This document shows positions 1-11,855 of a stretch of DNA of 64,000 bases, piece by piece. The notes beneath the pieces were generated by a model. It worked only from the letters and a program-made list of their open reading frames with translations. It ran no database searches and was not told where the DNA came from. Where the stretch lies: the NCBI GenBank assembly GCA_051362555.1, contig CM120645.1, forward strand, positions 14,384,001 through 14,448,000. The letters are read 5' to 3'. Position 1 is the first letter of the stretch. Each line of letters begins with the position of its first letter. The translations under genes and the position numbers were made by a program. The stretch comes from Lingula anatina (lineage: Eukaryota > Animalia > Brachiopoda).

Positions 1-1327
1 TTGTATTTATCTGCCTGCCTGTCATACTGTGTGCCGTCAGGTAGGAGAACAGGATGTTTGGGGTTAATAAGTCCTTTGTGCCACCAGAAAGTGGTGTAGG
101 GTATATTTCTTAGAAGTTCAGACAGATAAGGGTTGTATTTAACCGCCTATCTCTTAAACTGTCAGATCTATATATAACCTGACAGACAGCAACATGCTTA
201 ACACCAGTCCTATGGATGGGGTTAATTAGGTCAACCATCCAACCACAGGATCTCGAGAGGAAAGGTCATTTGTACCAAGTTCAAGAATTACAACCTGAGG
301 TTGTGAGGAGCGATGAGAATGAAGATACTAAGAACGAAACCGTGGGAGAGTGGTGCCACCTCTTCCATGAAGAATGACCGAGCAGCAGGAAACAGAAGCA
401 TGAGAAGGAGGGGTATTAAAAAAATCACTGAGACGGGTTATGAAACTGGTCAACGACACAAACAATGGGTAGGGGCATAGTAAAGGTAAATTGACAACAA
501 GTGAAAGTAAAAAAAAAAGAGAAAAAAGGACAGGAAAAAAACAGCTAAAAAACACTAAATGAATGAAAGCAACGAGATTGAACAAATGGACAGAAATATT
601 AACTCACAAGTAACTGCTGTAAAGGGAGTAAATAGTTACCACCCAAGTATTTACTGTGAATATGTGATTATCACCTTCCATGCAGTATATGGAAATGGAA
701 GTTCTTAAAGTCAAAATTAGACTGATATGTGGTAATTGCAAGTGTGAGTTGTTACGCAAGGTGTCATAATTCACTATCTAAGAGGTTTCATAATTCATCG
801 AGATACTATTGCTACTAGCAAAAGCAATAACCATTTTCTTGTTTCATTTTAGCAAATGCTAAAAACCACATGTAACCGAGTGTTTTTATATTTTCATAGC
901 ATGGCAACAATGACAAAGATGATTAGTTTTCCAAAAGTTTATTCAGTTCTTTGGGGCATATAAAGTCATTTAACGGCCTGACTTTGGCATAATAAGGTAT
1001 ATAAAAAGAAGGCATATGTAAGAAGACAGCATATATAAGGCCCCCTGACAGACAACTTCGGACAACACCTAGAGCACACAACTGCACACAACACATGTGC
1101 CTCTTGGTCTCTGTCACTGCACACACAGTGAATGAATACTAGTACAAGGTCAAATTCACCACGTGACTTTCAGAGTTACCGGATGTTACATTAACTGCTA
1201 AATATTCATGAGTGTCTTGTCACACACATATATAAAACTGAACATTTGCTCTAACTGTCCAAGTATTTGCTTCAAAATTTCAAGGTAGCTGCAGATCTAC
1301 CTTGAGTTTCAACTTGAAGTGAAGTGT

Positions 1328-1432
1328 TCAGTTGACCGTGGGCAAAATGACTGCATTTATGCAACTTGGTCGTAGGAGGAAGTTGTACCAGCCTCGATGA
1401 GACCAGTTGCACAATTTGATTGATTTGTTGCC

Positions 1433-1481
<49 letters not shown>

Positions 1482-1696
1482 TCATCTTTGGACTTAACGG
1501 TATTTCCCATGTTGTTAATCTTTTTCATGAGCTGTTCCTTAGTTAGTGATATTCCACTTTTTAATTTGTAAGACGTAATAAACTTCTCACGTGCATCAGG
1601 CTTCTCCTGTTTCATACTGGGGATTTGAGATTTATTCAGAAGAACAGGCATCTCCTTAAGCAATGCAACGAAGGTTTTCTGCTTTGCTTCTGACAT
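1328..1696 (-). pseudogene. Myb/SANT-like DNA-binding protein fragment (Harbinger accessory-ORF type), interrupted by a poly(A) run
   Basis: Translation TFVALLKEMPVLLNKSQIPSMKQEK...LTKEQLMKKINNMGNTVKSKDD(K)nTGNKSIKLCNW resembles Harbinger-associated Myb/SANT-like proteins. The poly-K stretch comes from a ~45-nt T run at ~1435-1480. Confidence 0.55.
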
Positions 1697-2309
1697 CTCT
1701 GTTCAGGAGTGATCAGTCTGCATGTACCTAGTAGAATAATCCTTTGAACCAGAAAGTTCAAAATTCAATAAGTTTGGTGGTTGACAGTTTGCTGGTCTCT
1801 TCACTCTCTGGTAGTTTGGCTTTATTAGGCAGTGGTGGCAGCAGATAAGGGTGAGCTGACTGTGGAGATCGTTTCTCCAGATGAGTGGTCTGGGGTTCCC
1901 GTGAGCTGCTTGCCACTGGTTGTGGGTCAGGAATACGCCTAATGCTTCCCCCACCTTCGATGTCCTCAGATGTGATGGTGGATGGTGCGCGTCGTTTTGT
2001 GGCTAAACCAATGCTGAATTTCCCCACTTGAATGAGCTCCTAACCATGTTCTAGATAAGTAAAATTTAATGCTTAAAAAGTGAAAGCATATGCTTTGAAG
2101 TGTAAGGTAAAGTTTATTCATATGATTTCAAGCTTTGCCTTATGCTCTTGCTAAAATCTTATGAGAACATGCTTTTACTTTTTACTTTTGCTTGGTAGTA
2201 AATACTATTTTTTATTCATTCGGCCCATTGGCTTTAAGCAAGGACCATCTTGGGCTTCTAGATACAATATGTAAGCATTTACAATGCTTACATCTCAGAC
2301 AAGCCAGAA

Positions 2310-2530
2310 GATGTATTTTCACCATTTTTTTATCTGACTTATCTACACCATTGTAATTGTCACTGTATTCTTTGATTGCAGTGGGTTTTGAGTATGTCAC
2401 ATTAGGCTTCCCACCTTTACTATGCTGCACAATTTGAATGTCACCTAAACTTTTGGCAGTTGACAAGACACCGACTTTTCTCTTTTTTTCACACCAAGAC
2501 ACTGCATACATTCCACCTTTTTGAAACACT
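2310..2530 (-). mobile_element. piggyBac (PGBD4-like) transposase C-terminal fragment
   Basis: VFQKGGMYAVSWCEKKRKVGVLST...KPTAIKEYSDNYNGVDKSDKKM matches the piggyBac pattern W-x-D-K-x-x-V-x-x-LST ... KP-x-x-I-x-x-Y-x4-GVD-x-x-D. Confidence 0.75.
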
Positions 2531-2893
2531 TGTGTTTTTCCTTTCGTTGATGATGAACAAATTTGGCGCACTTTTTACAGAGAGTAAACTGTTTGCAGAC
2601 AGACTATTTACCAATTTCCAGCACAGCACAATTATGATTGCAAAAACAAAAATCCGAGAGGAAATTCCTGTTGCAATCATCGCGATGACGCCATGTTTCA
2701 AAAGTGCATGACAAATCTTTTTTACCCGTTTCGCATTATTTTTCACATGAATGATCACAAATGTGATCAAAACCTATATTGCATTCTGTACAGTAGTACA
2801 TCCTACGCATGAATCCTGTTACTGAAGTTATGACAACATAATGACTCTTATGATGAAATAAAAACAACTCCTTCAAAGCTGGTGGCCCTTTAT
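2530..2893 (-). mobile_element. Maverick/Polinton DNA polymerase B N-terminal region relic, downstream part
   Basis: KGPPALKELFLFHHKSHYVVITSVTGFMRRMYYCTECNIGFDHICDHSC followed by a Cys/His-rich stretch (CNRNFLSDFCFCNH...SVCKQFTLCKKC...HKC) with stops. This resembles the Zn-finger region in front of invertebrate Maverick pPolB. Confidence 0.7.
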
Positions 2894-3502
2894 CAGTGTT
2901 CTCAATAATTTTTTTAAAATCCGAGTCCATGGGACTCACATGTTTGACAAAATGTGAGTCCCATGTAAATTTTCCGAGTCCTTCTCTTGAAGAAGAAAAA
3001 AAAAATAAGTACCATTTAGAATTGCACAAATGTGTTTATTGAAATACATGTAACAGGTCAAAATTATGTAAAAATATAGCAAAATAAAAATATAACATCT
3101 TACAAAACATCTTTTTAAAAATAAAATTCTGCAGACTCATTGTACCAGGACTAGTCTACTAGAGAACGAAACTCAGTAAGTTTCTGTCAAATAAAACCAG
3201 TACTTTTCTGTTTTAGAAATATTGACTTTAAAACTACTTTGAATGCTTCCAAGATCATTTACAGTACGGTAATGACTCGATATTTTCAATGGGGAAAAAT
3301 TACAAATTTTTCAACGATGTAAATTTTATATCATGAAAATATATTTCTGTGTAGCATTTGTGGCTCTTTTTCTGTACAGAATAGAACAAAAAGGCAGCCT
3401 GCTTTTCAGTTTTGTAGCTACCATTCAATAGTTATGTTCTGATTTTAAGAAATGTGACTTAAAAAATACAGCATCTGTAAAATTTGCAATTTTTACCCAT
3501 AT

Positions 3503-6500
3503 TCATTGCCTTCTCTGTCGGATGGCTCGAAACTTGAGTTTAGACTGTGTGTAATCAAATTCAGAAAAATGCGGACCATTTATTGTTATCTTCATAATAT
3601 TCTGCAGCTGTGCCTCACTAAGTCGGTTCCTACATTTGGACTTATTTAGGTTTTGGGCAGAAAAACCTCTTTCACATGATGCACTGTTGAGGGGGATGCA
3701 CAGTGCAATTTGTGCCATTGTAGTGAAATCAGGAAAATCCTGATCGTGATTCTGAATGAGATTTTCACAATGGGATGTGAAGGTTAAATGCCTGCATAAG
3801 AATGTGTGATGCTTATATGGTACAAAGTCCTGTTGACACCTCTGAGTGTCAATAACATCAGGATGTTGATCATTGGTGTAGTGGTTGATAAGGAATTGAA
3901 GTTCATCTCCACCGTATGCTCCAAGATCTGCAGCAGCTTGTGGATATCTCTGTGGGTTGAGTAGCTTGTCCAAAGCTTTCAAACAATCCATAGTGTCTAC
4001 TGGAAATCTGTCTTCAAGGTTCTCATTCAGAGTAGTGAAGAAAGCATCTGAGAAAACACAAAAATAAAATGAGTTAGTGAACTGTTAGTCTGTTAGAATA
4101 AATGAATATATACAAATGATTTAAACCAATATCTGAGTTTGATAGACTGAAACAACTTGTCTTGAGATATTATCTGATCATTATAGTAGTAATAAATTGT
4201 ACCTTTCACTCTGGCAAAAGTAGCTACTTTGGCTTCAGTTCGGTTTACTGCTGTTTCCCTGTAGTTTCCATTGTCAGTCACCGCTCTATCCATCTGGTTT
4301 AGTGTGAGCAGGTAATCAGGATGTTCAGAGAATGTATGTAGTGAACCTCTAACTGTCTCCAAACTTCGGTTAGCAGTGTCAAAATCCAAGCACTCCCGTT
4401 GAAAACACTTTGATAGCCTGTATTAATAAAGTAGAATAAATTTCTTTAAACTAGCCTGCATCAATAAAGTAGAATAAATTTCTTTAACTCATTGTCCCCT
4501 ACCGCCGTCATTTGCCGACAATGTTTTCTTATTTCTATCCCGAGCGTCGTCATTTGACGTCGTAATATTAATAGTACCCATTCCCGACTGCCGTCATATG
4601 ACGGCATCCAATATGGTGGGCCCCTTGCCTAGCGACTTCATATGACGGCGTGAGAAAGAAACTTTGATAGGTAAGTTTTAAATAGCTCATTTTCTGATTG
4701 GTTGTTGCTTTTCTTTTGGCCAATCAAAAGGAGAGTACTATAGAACAAAATGTAAACATTTTGAGGGTTGCGGGAAATCTACACATGGAGGAAATACAGA
4801 GTATTTTTGATGAGAGCTCTGGGTCTGAATTTTCGGGATTTGTTAGTGACAGTGAGTCTGACAGCAATAATTTGAGCTATATTTCTTTTGAATAACACTT
4901 TACAGACATAGTCTGAAAGTGAATTAGGCAGCATTAGTGAAGATTTTAGAAGAAGTCAGTGGGAAAACGATCTGTGGGAGGTGGACAAGGAGCTTTTCTG
5001 TGGTGAACTACCTGGATTCACACATGAACTGACGGGTGACAAAGACGAACTAGACTTTAAAAACTGTTCTTTAATGATGAAATACTGATCAATTTGTTGG
5101 AAAATATAAATGCATATGCAACAAACAATGACTCTAAGAGGAAAGAACAACTAAAAGCATGTCTCGGTGTCAGGGTTCATGTAGTATTTTTAAGTTGATG
5201 CTTATCTTATCACAACTGCATAATATAGATAATAAATATACTTTTTTGTAATCTGATGCTCATCTTTTAATTATATTTTGTAGAATTTTGTCTTTTTTTG
5301 TACCTGTTGATATAATCTAAAGAAGTATTATGATGTATATTTTATATATTTATAAACAGTTGTTGAACTTATATTCATTGTTCAATTTATATAGACCAAA
5401 TAATTTGGACTTGATCTTCCCCATTCAATAAATAACAATATTTTGAATATGTGCAGTTATAAAGAATTTTATATGATACCAATTTCATGCTTTAAGAACC
5501 CTGAAAATTTGGAACAAACAAAACAACAGACCTAGAAAAAGGCCATATTGAATTTCCTCAGGGATATAGGAGAGTGCCGACAGTGGCGCCACCACATGGT
5601 GGTGGCCAGATTTGGTGTTAATGGCTGTAGGGGATCGTGCAGCAGTCACTGCAGGGGACAATGAGTTAAACTGGAATCAAAAGTGACAATATGTTATGAA
5701 AATTAAAAGTTAAATTGCATTATGAAAAAATATTAGATATACCTGCTGAATAGTGGTAGTATATCTACTAAAAGGCAAGTCAAGGCCAGGAAGAGATAAT
5801 CATCAACTTTGTTGAGGAGCCCTCTGGCAACAGCATTTCCATTGGCCGCTTCTTCTCCAAGACAAACAACAAGGGGTGACCAGCAGTTCAAGATGGCAAC
5901 AACAGCCTGTTCCAGGGAGAGCCAGCGAACAGCCAAAGGTTGCTTCAGTGTGAGAAACTGGTCATCTTCCATCAGATCATATACAGCTCGGAGTCTGTTG
6001 TATCTTACCGCAGAATTTTGGAAGAACTGGTAGACTGCATTGACTGTTTCTTGGTAGGATTTAATTTGTTCCACTGAAGCCGCAGCTTGACCCACTGCTA
6101 AGGCCAGTTTGTGAGCCAGACAATGAATATGTACAAGATATGGATTTCTGCCCTTTAACTGTACTCCCACACCTGTTCGCCGGCCAGTCATCACAGCAGC
6201 TCCATCACTACCCAGACCCATGACTTTAGAAGCTGAAATGTTGTATCCTTCCATCCACTGTTCAATTGCAGCCACAATTGTATCAGCTTTCCCATCTGGG
6301 ACATTCAGGTTGGCAGAGAAAGAAGTTCTGGCTTTTCCACCTACAACAGTCTGGACATAAATAATCAATTTTTTGAAAATTGCAATGTCGCAACTTTCAT
6401 CCACTTGAATGCCTATGTATTTACTTTTCTCTATGGCATTTTTCATGTCATCCTCAGTAGTATCTGACAGACACTGAACCATTTCATTTACCACTCCAGC

Positions 6501-6917
6501 TGACGTATAGTGTCCCTTCATTGACTGAAGTAGGCAAAGGTCCGGGTAGAGATTTAGAGCCAAGTTATGAGATACCAAAAAGTACACAGTTTTCATCTGA
6601 TGACCGAGGTTGTCATCTGTTTTTTGTTCCGCTGTGGATATAGCCCGCTGTAGAGCTGACTGGCCCTTAAGAGTAGAAGCCGCTTGCTTATGTTGTTCGG
6701 ACTGCACGTGTCGAACAAGTGTAGATCTCTGGTAATCACTGCATCCCGGATCAGTTGTAAAAACGTTACTCTTCTTGGCACGTTTACAAATGGAGCAAAA
6801 CATAAAGTTGTCCGTGACATAAAGCCAGTCTTTAAAACTGGGATCCTCCAGCCAGGTTTTGTTGAAAGTCCGGATCTTTTTATGTACAGACACAGATGTG
6901 TCTGTACATATTGCCAT
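3503..6917 (-). CDS. hAT transposase (ZNF862/C17orf113-like), 3 coding exons, ~644 aa, frame intact
   Basis: Exons 6917-5743, 4417-4203, 4047-3503 with GT-AG introns and consistent phases (junctions LFSR/LSKCFQ and RVKD/AFFTTLNENLEDRFP). Motifs: TTF-type Zn finger (FNKTW..WL..MFCSIC..RHVQSEQH), catalytic IQVDES, GSDGAAVM, HCLAHKLAL, RWLS, and C-terminal dimerisation domain SASCERGFSAQN. An extra upstream exon is possible. Confidence 0.88.
4488..5665 (+). mobile_element. Internally deleted piggyBac element nested in intron 1 of the hAT transposase
   Basis: TTAA on both sides (4484-4487, 5666-5669). TIRs ctcattgtcccct / aggggacaatgag. Retains a degenerate piggyBac N-terminus: acidic MEEIQSIFDESSGSEFSGFVSDSESD, then PGFTHELTGDKDELDF..LFFNDEILINLLENINAYA. 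Confidence 0.85.
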
Positions 6918-7832
6918 CGCCTGCGTCTGTCGTCGCCGATGCCGATGCCGATGCCGATGCCGATGCCGTCGCCGTGCACTTTCCTTGTAAACACGATAAG
7001 TGGAGGGCAGTTTTACTTTTTGGCTGTATATTTACAGAGCTGATGAATATTCATAAAATGCAGGTCTAGTTCAAAAAAAAAGCATGATCAGGCCATTATT
7101 GTAGAAGTTATGCTGTTTTTTCACTTTTCAGTATATATGCAACACTGTAAACACATTTCAAGGAAAACCAATAGGCCTGTTGTCATAAAACTCACAGGAG
7201 TTATTGATCTTACTAAAATGCAGGTCAAGTTCGAAAATCGGCATGATCGGGCCACTATTTTAGTAGTTATGCTTTTTTTTTCACTTTTCAGCATATTTAA
7301 AATTTGATGTTGAATTTGCAGTTTAACATAATGTATTTTTGCATCAGAATTAACAGTAGCCTATTTTATGCATAGTTATTTCCTGTTTTTTGTCTGTACA
7401 TTTGACAGCTTTGCTGCCTTGTTTTTAGCATGGGACTGCGCCATTTTGAGACATTACAACCACCTGCATTCGGCACACCTCGGTCTTTTTCGTCAGGGAT
7501 AACCTCGGCCGTAATGAGCGCCATTTTGCGTATTGCGTCATTCGGTAGATGGCGCACTAAGTGACGTGACAGGCCCAGCAAACTGCCAAACACGGTGTGT
7601 TTTTGTAAATAATACGCTAGTTTCACCAATCACATCACTCATTCTGTATAATTTCCGTGGTCACTAAGATAATCATCCCTTTCAGTTGTTTTTTTTATCT
7701 CTCCCACTAATCACCCGCCTAAACAGGACCGCATTTTTTTCGTCCCTGGGACGAAAGGGTGTTGATTATTTTACGTCCTTTTTAATTTCATTGCGTTTTT
7801 TACATATTGGGACGCCGTAAATGAGAACACTG

Positions 7833-7990
7833 CTTTATGAATTAAATCCATAAAGTGATCTCCAGAAAACAGATATTTGATAATTGCTCAAATATGACTG
7901 AAACTTTATAATTTCAGGGACACCACAAGGACCTAATGGTATTCCAGCACTTTTATGCAAGTCTTGGGCCCGCTTTAATTGTCTGCGACA
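7833..7990 (-). mobile_element. Maverick/Polinton DNA polymerase B relic, upstream part (split off by the hAT insertion)
   Basis: RQLKRAQDLHKSAGIPLGPCGVPEIIKFQSYLSNYQISVF(frameshift)SGDHFMDLIHK. Joins in frame to GPPALKELFLFHH once the hAT and one TSD copy are removed. Confidence 0.75.
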
Positions 7991-8539
7991 ACAGTGATTG
8001 ATTCATTTGCCAATGGTATTCTTTTTGGACAGTTAAACTTGTTCTTATTCAAGATAGAGCTTGGCTGGAGACTTGGCAAGTCCTTTCTACCCTGCACAGC
8101 TTGAAAAAGTCATCTGCATTTTTTCGCAATACCTCATCTAGAAATTGCATTGCATCGGATTTCAAGTACAATGCACATTTCTTCAAAGAGCAGGGGCATA
8201 ATCAGGCATACGCATGGATGCACTGTGCATACAATTTTTTGGGCCAACTATGATATTCTCCATAAATTTTGATATTATGACAAATATATTTTGTTCCTCA
8301 ATTTTCTAGTTAACACCGTGTATATTTTGTCTTTTCAACATCCATAGTATATTCATTCATTAAAAGCAACAAAATGTAACTAACATTTTATCTTTCATAT
8401 GAGGATGAGAGCTGAAGCAATGTACGAAAGATGCCCTTGCGACATCACCCCTTGGGACATCCTGTCTAACAACTTGCCAAACTCTTGGTTGCAAAAAATC
8501 TTTCATTGGCCCATTGGACATCCTCCAACCATTGTCCAC

Positions 8540-8630
8540 GGAAGGGATCCCCCTCTCGTTCACACAAATTGTGTAAAATAGAACATGCCATTATAGTGTG
8601 TACAACGTTTTTAAGGTTCATGTCTAGTGT
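8540..8630 (-). mobile_element. Harbinger (HARBI1-like) transposase C-terminal fragment
   Basis: KTLDMNLKNVVHTIMACSILHNLCEREG matches the Harbinger I-x-AC-x-x-LHN-x-C motif. Confidence 0.6.
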
Positions 8631-9884
8631 TTTTAACCCTATAGCATTTACATTCCTGGACTGTTTGACCTACTTAGGTGTTCACCTTAATTCCAGGAAT
8701 TAATGCTGAAATCACCCTATGCTAATAAAATGTAAATATCTTCAAAACCTATTGCAGTTAGGATCTTCAAATTTTCAGCAATTATTCGTGAATAGCAGCT
8801 TTATCAGGCAAACAAAAAATAATTGACTCGGCAGGCGTGAAAGCCATGCCCTTCTGCCTTCTACCAGCTCTCAAAGTCACTTCTTGCAGATCTTCTAGCT
8901 TAAAACCACCAAAACTTGACTCTCTCCATTTCACCAAAACAGGAAATGAACCCCTTTCAAATTATCAATGAACATCAAATCTGCAGTTTTTGGAATTTAC
9001 TTACTACCTTGGAAGGAATTCTTCTTTTTAGCTTCTTCCTTTCGTTTCCTCTTCATACATTCTTCTTTGTTGGCTGAAAAGAAAGGTAAAAGAAAGGTAC
9101 ACTGTACACACATTTTTCAGACTAAGCAACTTCTCTTTTCAAATATATCACTACAGAGATAGTATAAATAAAGCTGAATTATTATAGGACATGTATACTT
9201 AAAATCATCAACCCAAGTCTAAAACACTGTCGTTATCAAGAATGCCTCTCAAAAAAATAATAATAATAATAATAAAATAATAAAATAAAATAAAATAAAT
9301 CAATTAATAAGTAAATAAAATAAAAAATGTGGATGGCAGGGAAGCATACTAGTGAGTGCATGAGCTCTGTGTTTATGCACAGTCCTAAACACACAAATGG
9401 GAGGTGTGCCGACATCATTTTTGTTAGAATAATAGTAAATAATAGTAAAATAACATATTTTCTTGTCCTGACTTTTGGAATCAAACACCTAAAAAAGGGG
9501 CCAGATATGTACCCCTCCAATACACACCTTCAATTCTGAAATGAACACTTACTAGATTTATACAGCACCTTGGCTTCATCATCTTGCCCAGCATATGGGA
9601 CTATGCATAAGGCTCCTTCCCTAATTGAGCCATCTTGTGCTATGCAATGGCCCTCTAATGACGTAACATGGTCTCCTTTGAGGAGACTCTAAACCCCATC
9701 CAGCACTAATTGCACCACCACCCATACAACTGAAGTTAATATGTATATATTTATCAAGATATAAAAAAGATAATAAATAAGTCTCGAATAAAAGGAAACA
9801 TAAGATTAAGGTAAAAGTGACCAAAATTATGAACTTACTGAGCCAAACCAAGCCGAATCTTCATTTGCTGTCCCTCATTGAAGT

Positions 9885-10082
9885 AGCCTCCTTGAAATGA
9901 GCGCTACAGAACGCCGAGTGGTTTGTCACAGCATCTTTTAACTCTAAATCCCATACTCTTGTCAAATTGACAATGTTTTTTCCATTTCTGAGTAACTGCT
10001 TTATTTTTGGGTATGTGTGTATCCAAATACTGGCATGTTCATTAGTATTTGAGCACCCACTGACAATTCAATGTCTACCCAT
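9885..10082 (-). pseudogene. Degenerate THAP zinc-finger domain (transposon-derived)
   Basis: MGRH*IVSGCSNTNEHASIWIHTYPK (frameshift) QKW..IVNLTRVWDLELKDAVTNHSAFCSAHFKE shows the THAP C-x4-C...P...W...CSxHF signature with the first Cys mutated to a stop. Confidence 0.7.
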
Positions 10083-10319
10083 GCGTTTCAGATCTGACGA
10101 CCCGTCTGAGGAGTCACTCAGATGACGTCACAAATATTTTGCTCAACTGACAATGATTGGGGAATATGATATCTCTTTATAGCTAACATTTTTGTTGGCC
10201 TCACTGTCTCATTGGCCATTGTCTATAGAGCTCCTGCCATGACTGGGGTGACAACTCCATGAGAATGTTTCAGTACACTTATAGATGCTGCCAGGTTAGG
10301 GATGTCTTTCTGAAATGCT

Positions 10320-10640
10320 ATTCCCTTGGTATTGGCTACTTGTCCAAAGGTAAACTGTGAGTTGAAGCGAAAAGGGGGTATGTTGAGAGACACTTTTTTT
10401 ACTCTAAACTGGCTGCCTTTGTCAGTCATTACACTCACTCCTAAAAGGTGCAGTATTCCAAGTAATCAAGTGATTTCTGTAGCAGAAGTGTAGCTACTCA
10501 ACAAAGATGAAATAAATGATATAGCACCGTTTGTGGCAATACCAATGAGAGCTTTAAATGTGTTATGGCTCTTGTAATTTGAGTATGTTTTGCTGCTTAA
10601 AACAAGGGATGAAGGGATTTGTATTCTCATTTCAGTACAA
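10320..10640 (-). mobile_element. ISL2EU/Harbinger-group DDE transposase fragment
   Basis: CTEMRIQIPSSLVLSSKTYSNYKSHNTFKALIGIATNGAISFIS...EIT...SVMTDKG...LNIPPF...QFTFGQVANTKGIA is the ISL2EU DDE_Tnp_4 motif series, with a stop and a deletion. Confidence 0.8.
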
Positions 10641-11622
10641 CCGAAACGCATGGCCTAATATATATATAATACATTTTAATATTAATATATTGAGATAAAA
10701 ACACTTCTTAAAATAAGAACATCGCAATTTGTATCGCATCGCAATTGGTATCGTATTTATTTTCAGGCACCATCATAGTCAGTTATCTTTCTCGCACTGT
10801 AATTTTGGTAGCTACACATGCTGCATGTAACATAAAATCTTATAAAGGTACATAAATTGATATAACACATCGTTTAAACTCAAGAAATCACCCTCTTCTT
10901 CAGAAAATGACTCATTCCCCTCTGAGCAAGGAATAAACGCTTGAAAGTTCCGACTGCACAATTTTAGTATTAATGGTAATCTTCACAAAGCTTTCATGCT
11001 TCATAGCATCACAGTCCTCTGTTTGCTTGATTCATTGCAGCAATGCAGCTTCTCGAGCAATCTGCAGTTCTTGTTGTATACATTGCCTCCTGGCATTGTT
11101 GTATTATTTCCAAACGCTCTTTGCATTAGTGTTCATTTTTTCCTCCACCCTCAGAAGAACCTGTCATGTTTTTGTTTTTGTTCATTCTTTCTTCTTTGGT
11201 ATATAATCTTTCCATAGGATTATGCAAAACCTCTGGGGCCCGCTTGCCTTAACTTTCATGTCCACAATTTCTTTCATGTCCACAGGTTGCGGAGCTGCTT
11301 GTACCCGAGCTGCGTTGTGTATGTTCTTGTTGTTGTAGATTGTATGTCTTGACTACATGTCTTGTTCTTGCATGTATGGGGCGTACTGTAGGTATGGTAT
11401 CTGTTGAGTATTGCTGGTGTAACTTGAATAATTGGGTGGTGGTAACATATAAGTGTAGCCTTCTGATGAATAGGCTAGGTTGCATTCTTGTTTTTCACTG
11501 CAGTGTGTCATTTTACGATCTTGAACCAGTATTCAGCAGAGGAGTTTGTATCATGGTGGTGATTGTCCATTAGGAGCCCCGACCAAAAGGGTGCAATACT
11601 CAGGGAGCCGCCATGTTTTTTC

Positions 11623-11855
11623 AGATATTCTCTGATGCACTTGGCAGGATTTGGCAATGCCAACAGGAATGCACTGCACATTCTCCTTTTTGTTTTTGTT
11701 TTGTACCACTTCCACTTCATGGCAGCAGATATTCTCTGTTACGCCTGGCAGAATTTTGCAATGCCAACAGGAATGCACTGCACATTCTCCTCTTTGCTTT
11801 TGTTCTGTACCACTTCCACTTCATGGCAGCAGATATTCTCTGATACACCTGGCAG
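11623..11855 (-). repeat. 104-bp tandem duplication (~2.2 copies) encoding a P2X7 intracellular 'ballast'-like Cys cluster fragment
   Basis: agatattctc recurs at 11623, 11727 and 11831. The minus strand reads SCWHCKILPGVTENICCHEVEVV...VQCI, similar to the C-x-x-C-x6-E-N-x-CC-x-E motif of transposon-associated P2X7-ballast-like proteins. Confidence 0.6.

Larger units (their letters stand above)
2894..7832 (-). mobile_element. Full-length hAT DNA transposon (ZNF862-like transposase), 11-bp TIRs, 6-bp TSD
   Basis: TIRs cagtgttctca (2894-2904) and tgagaacactg (7822-7832). Direct repeat ctttat flanks both ends (2888-2893, 7833-7838). Contains a spliced transposase gene. Confidence 0.9.

Noticed and set aside
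328-585. Hydrophobic 85-aa ORF and similar short F/L/I-rich ORFs across the window
   Set aside because: These are translations of A/T-rich low-complexity non-coding DNA with no domain motifs or splice support.
1435-1480. Poly-lysine tract suggesting a nucleolar or basic protein
   Set aside because: It is a mononucleotide run inside a degenerate transposon ORF, possibly an expansion or a sequencing-length artefact.
4698-4895. 65-aa acidic ORF as a host gene
   Set aside because: It is the decayed N-terminus of the nested piggyBac transposase, followed by stops and a large deletion.
6593-7043. ORFs with GIGIGI / MPMPMP repeats
   Set aside because: These are alternative-frame or antisense readings of a (ccgatg)n hexamer repeat at the 5' end of the hAT transposase.
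8700-9740. Further coding-like scraps on the minus strand (e.g. ...IREGALCIVPYAGQDDEAKVLYKS)
   Set aside because: They look like decayed TE-associated exons, but I cannot assign a family without a database search.
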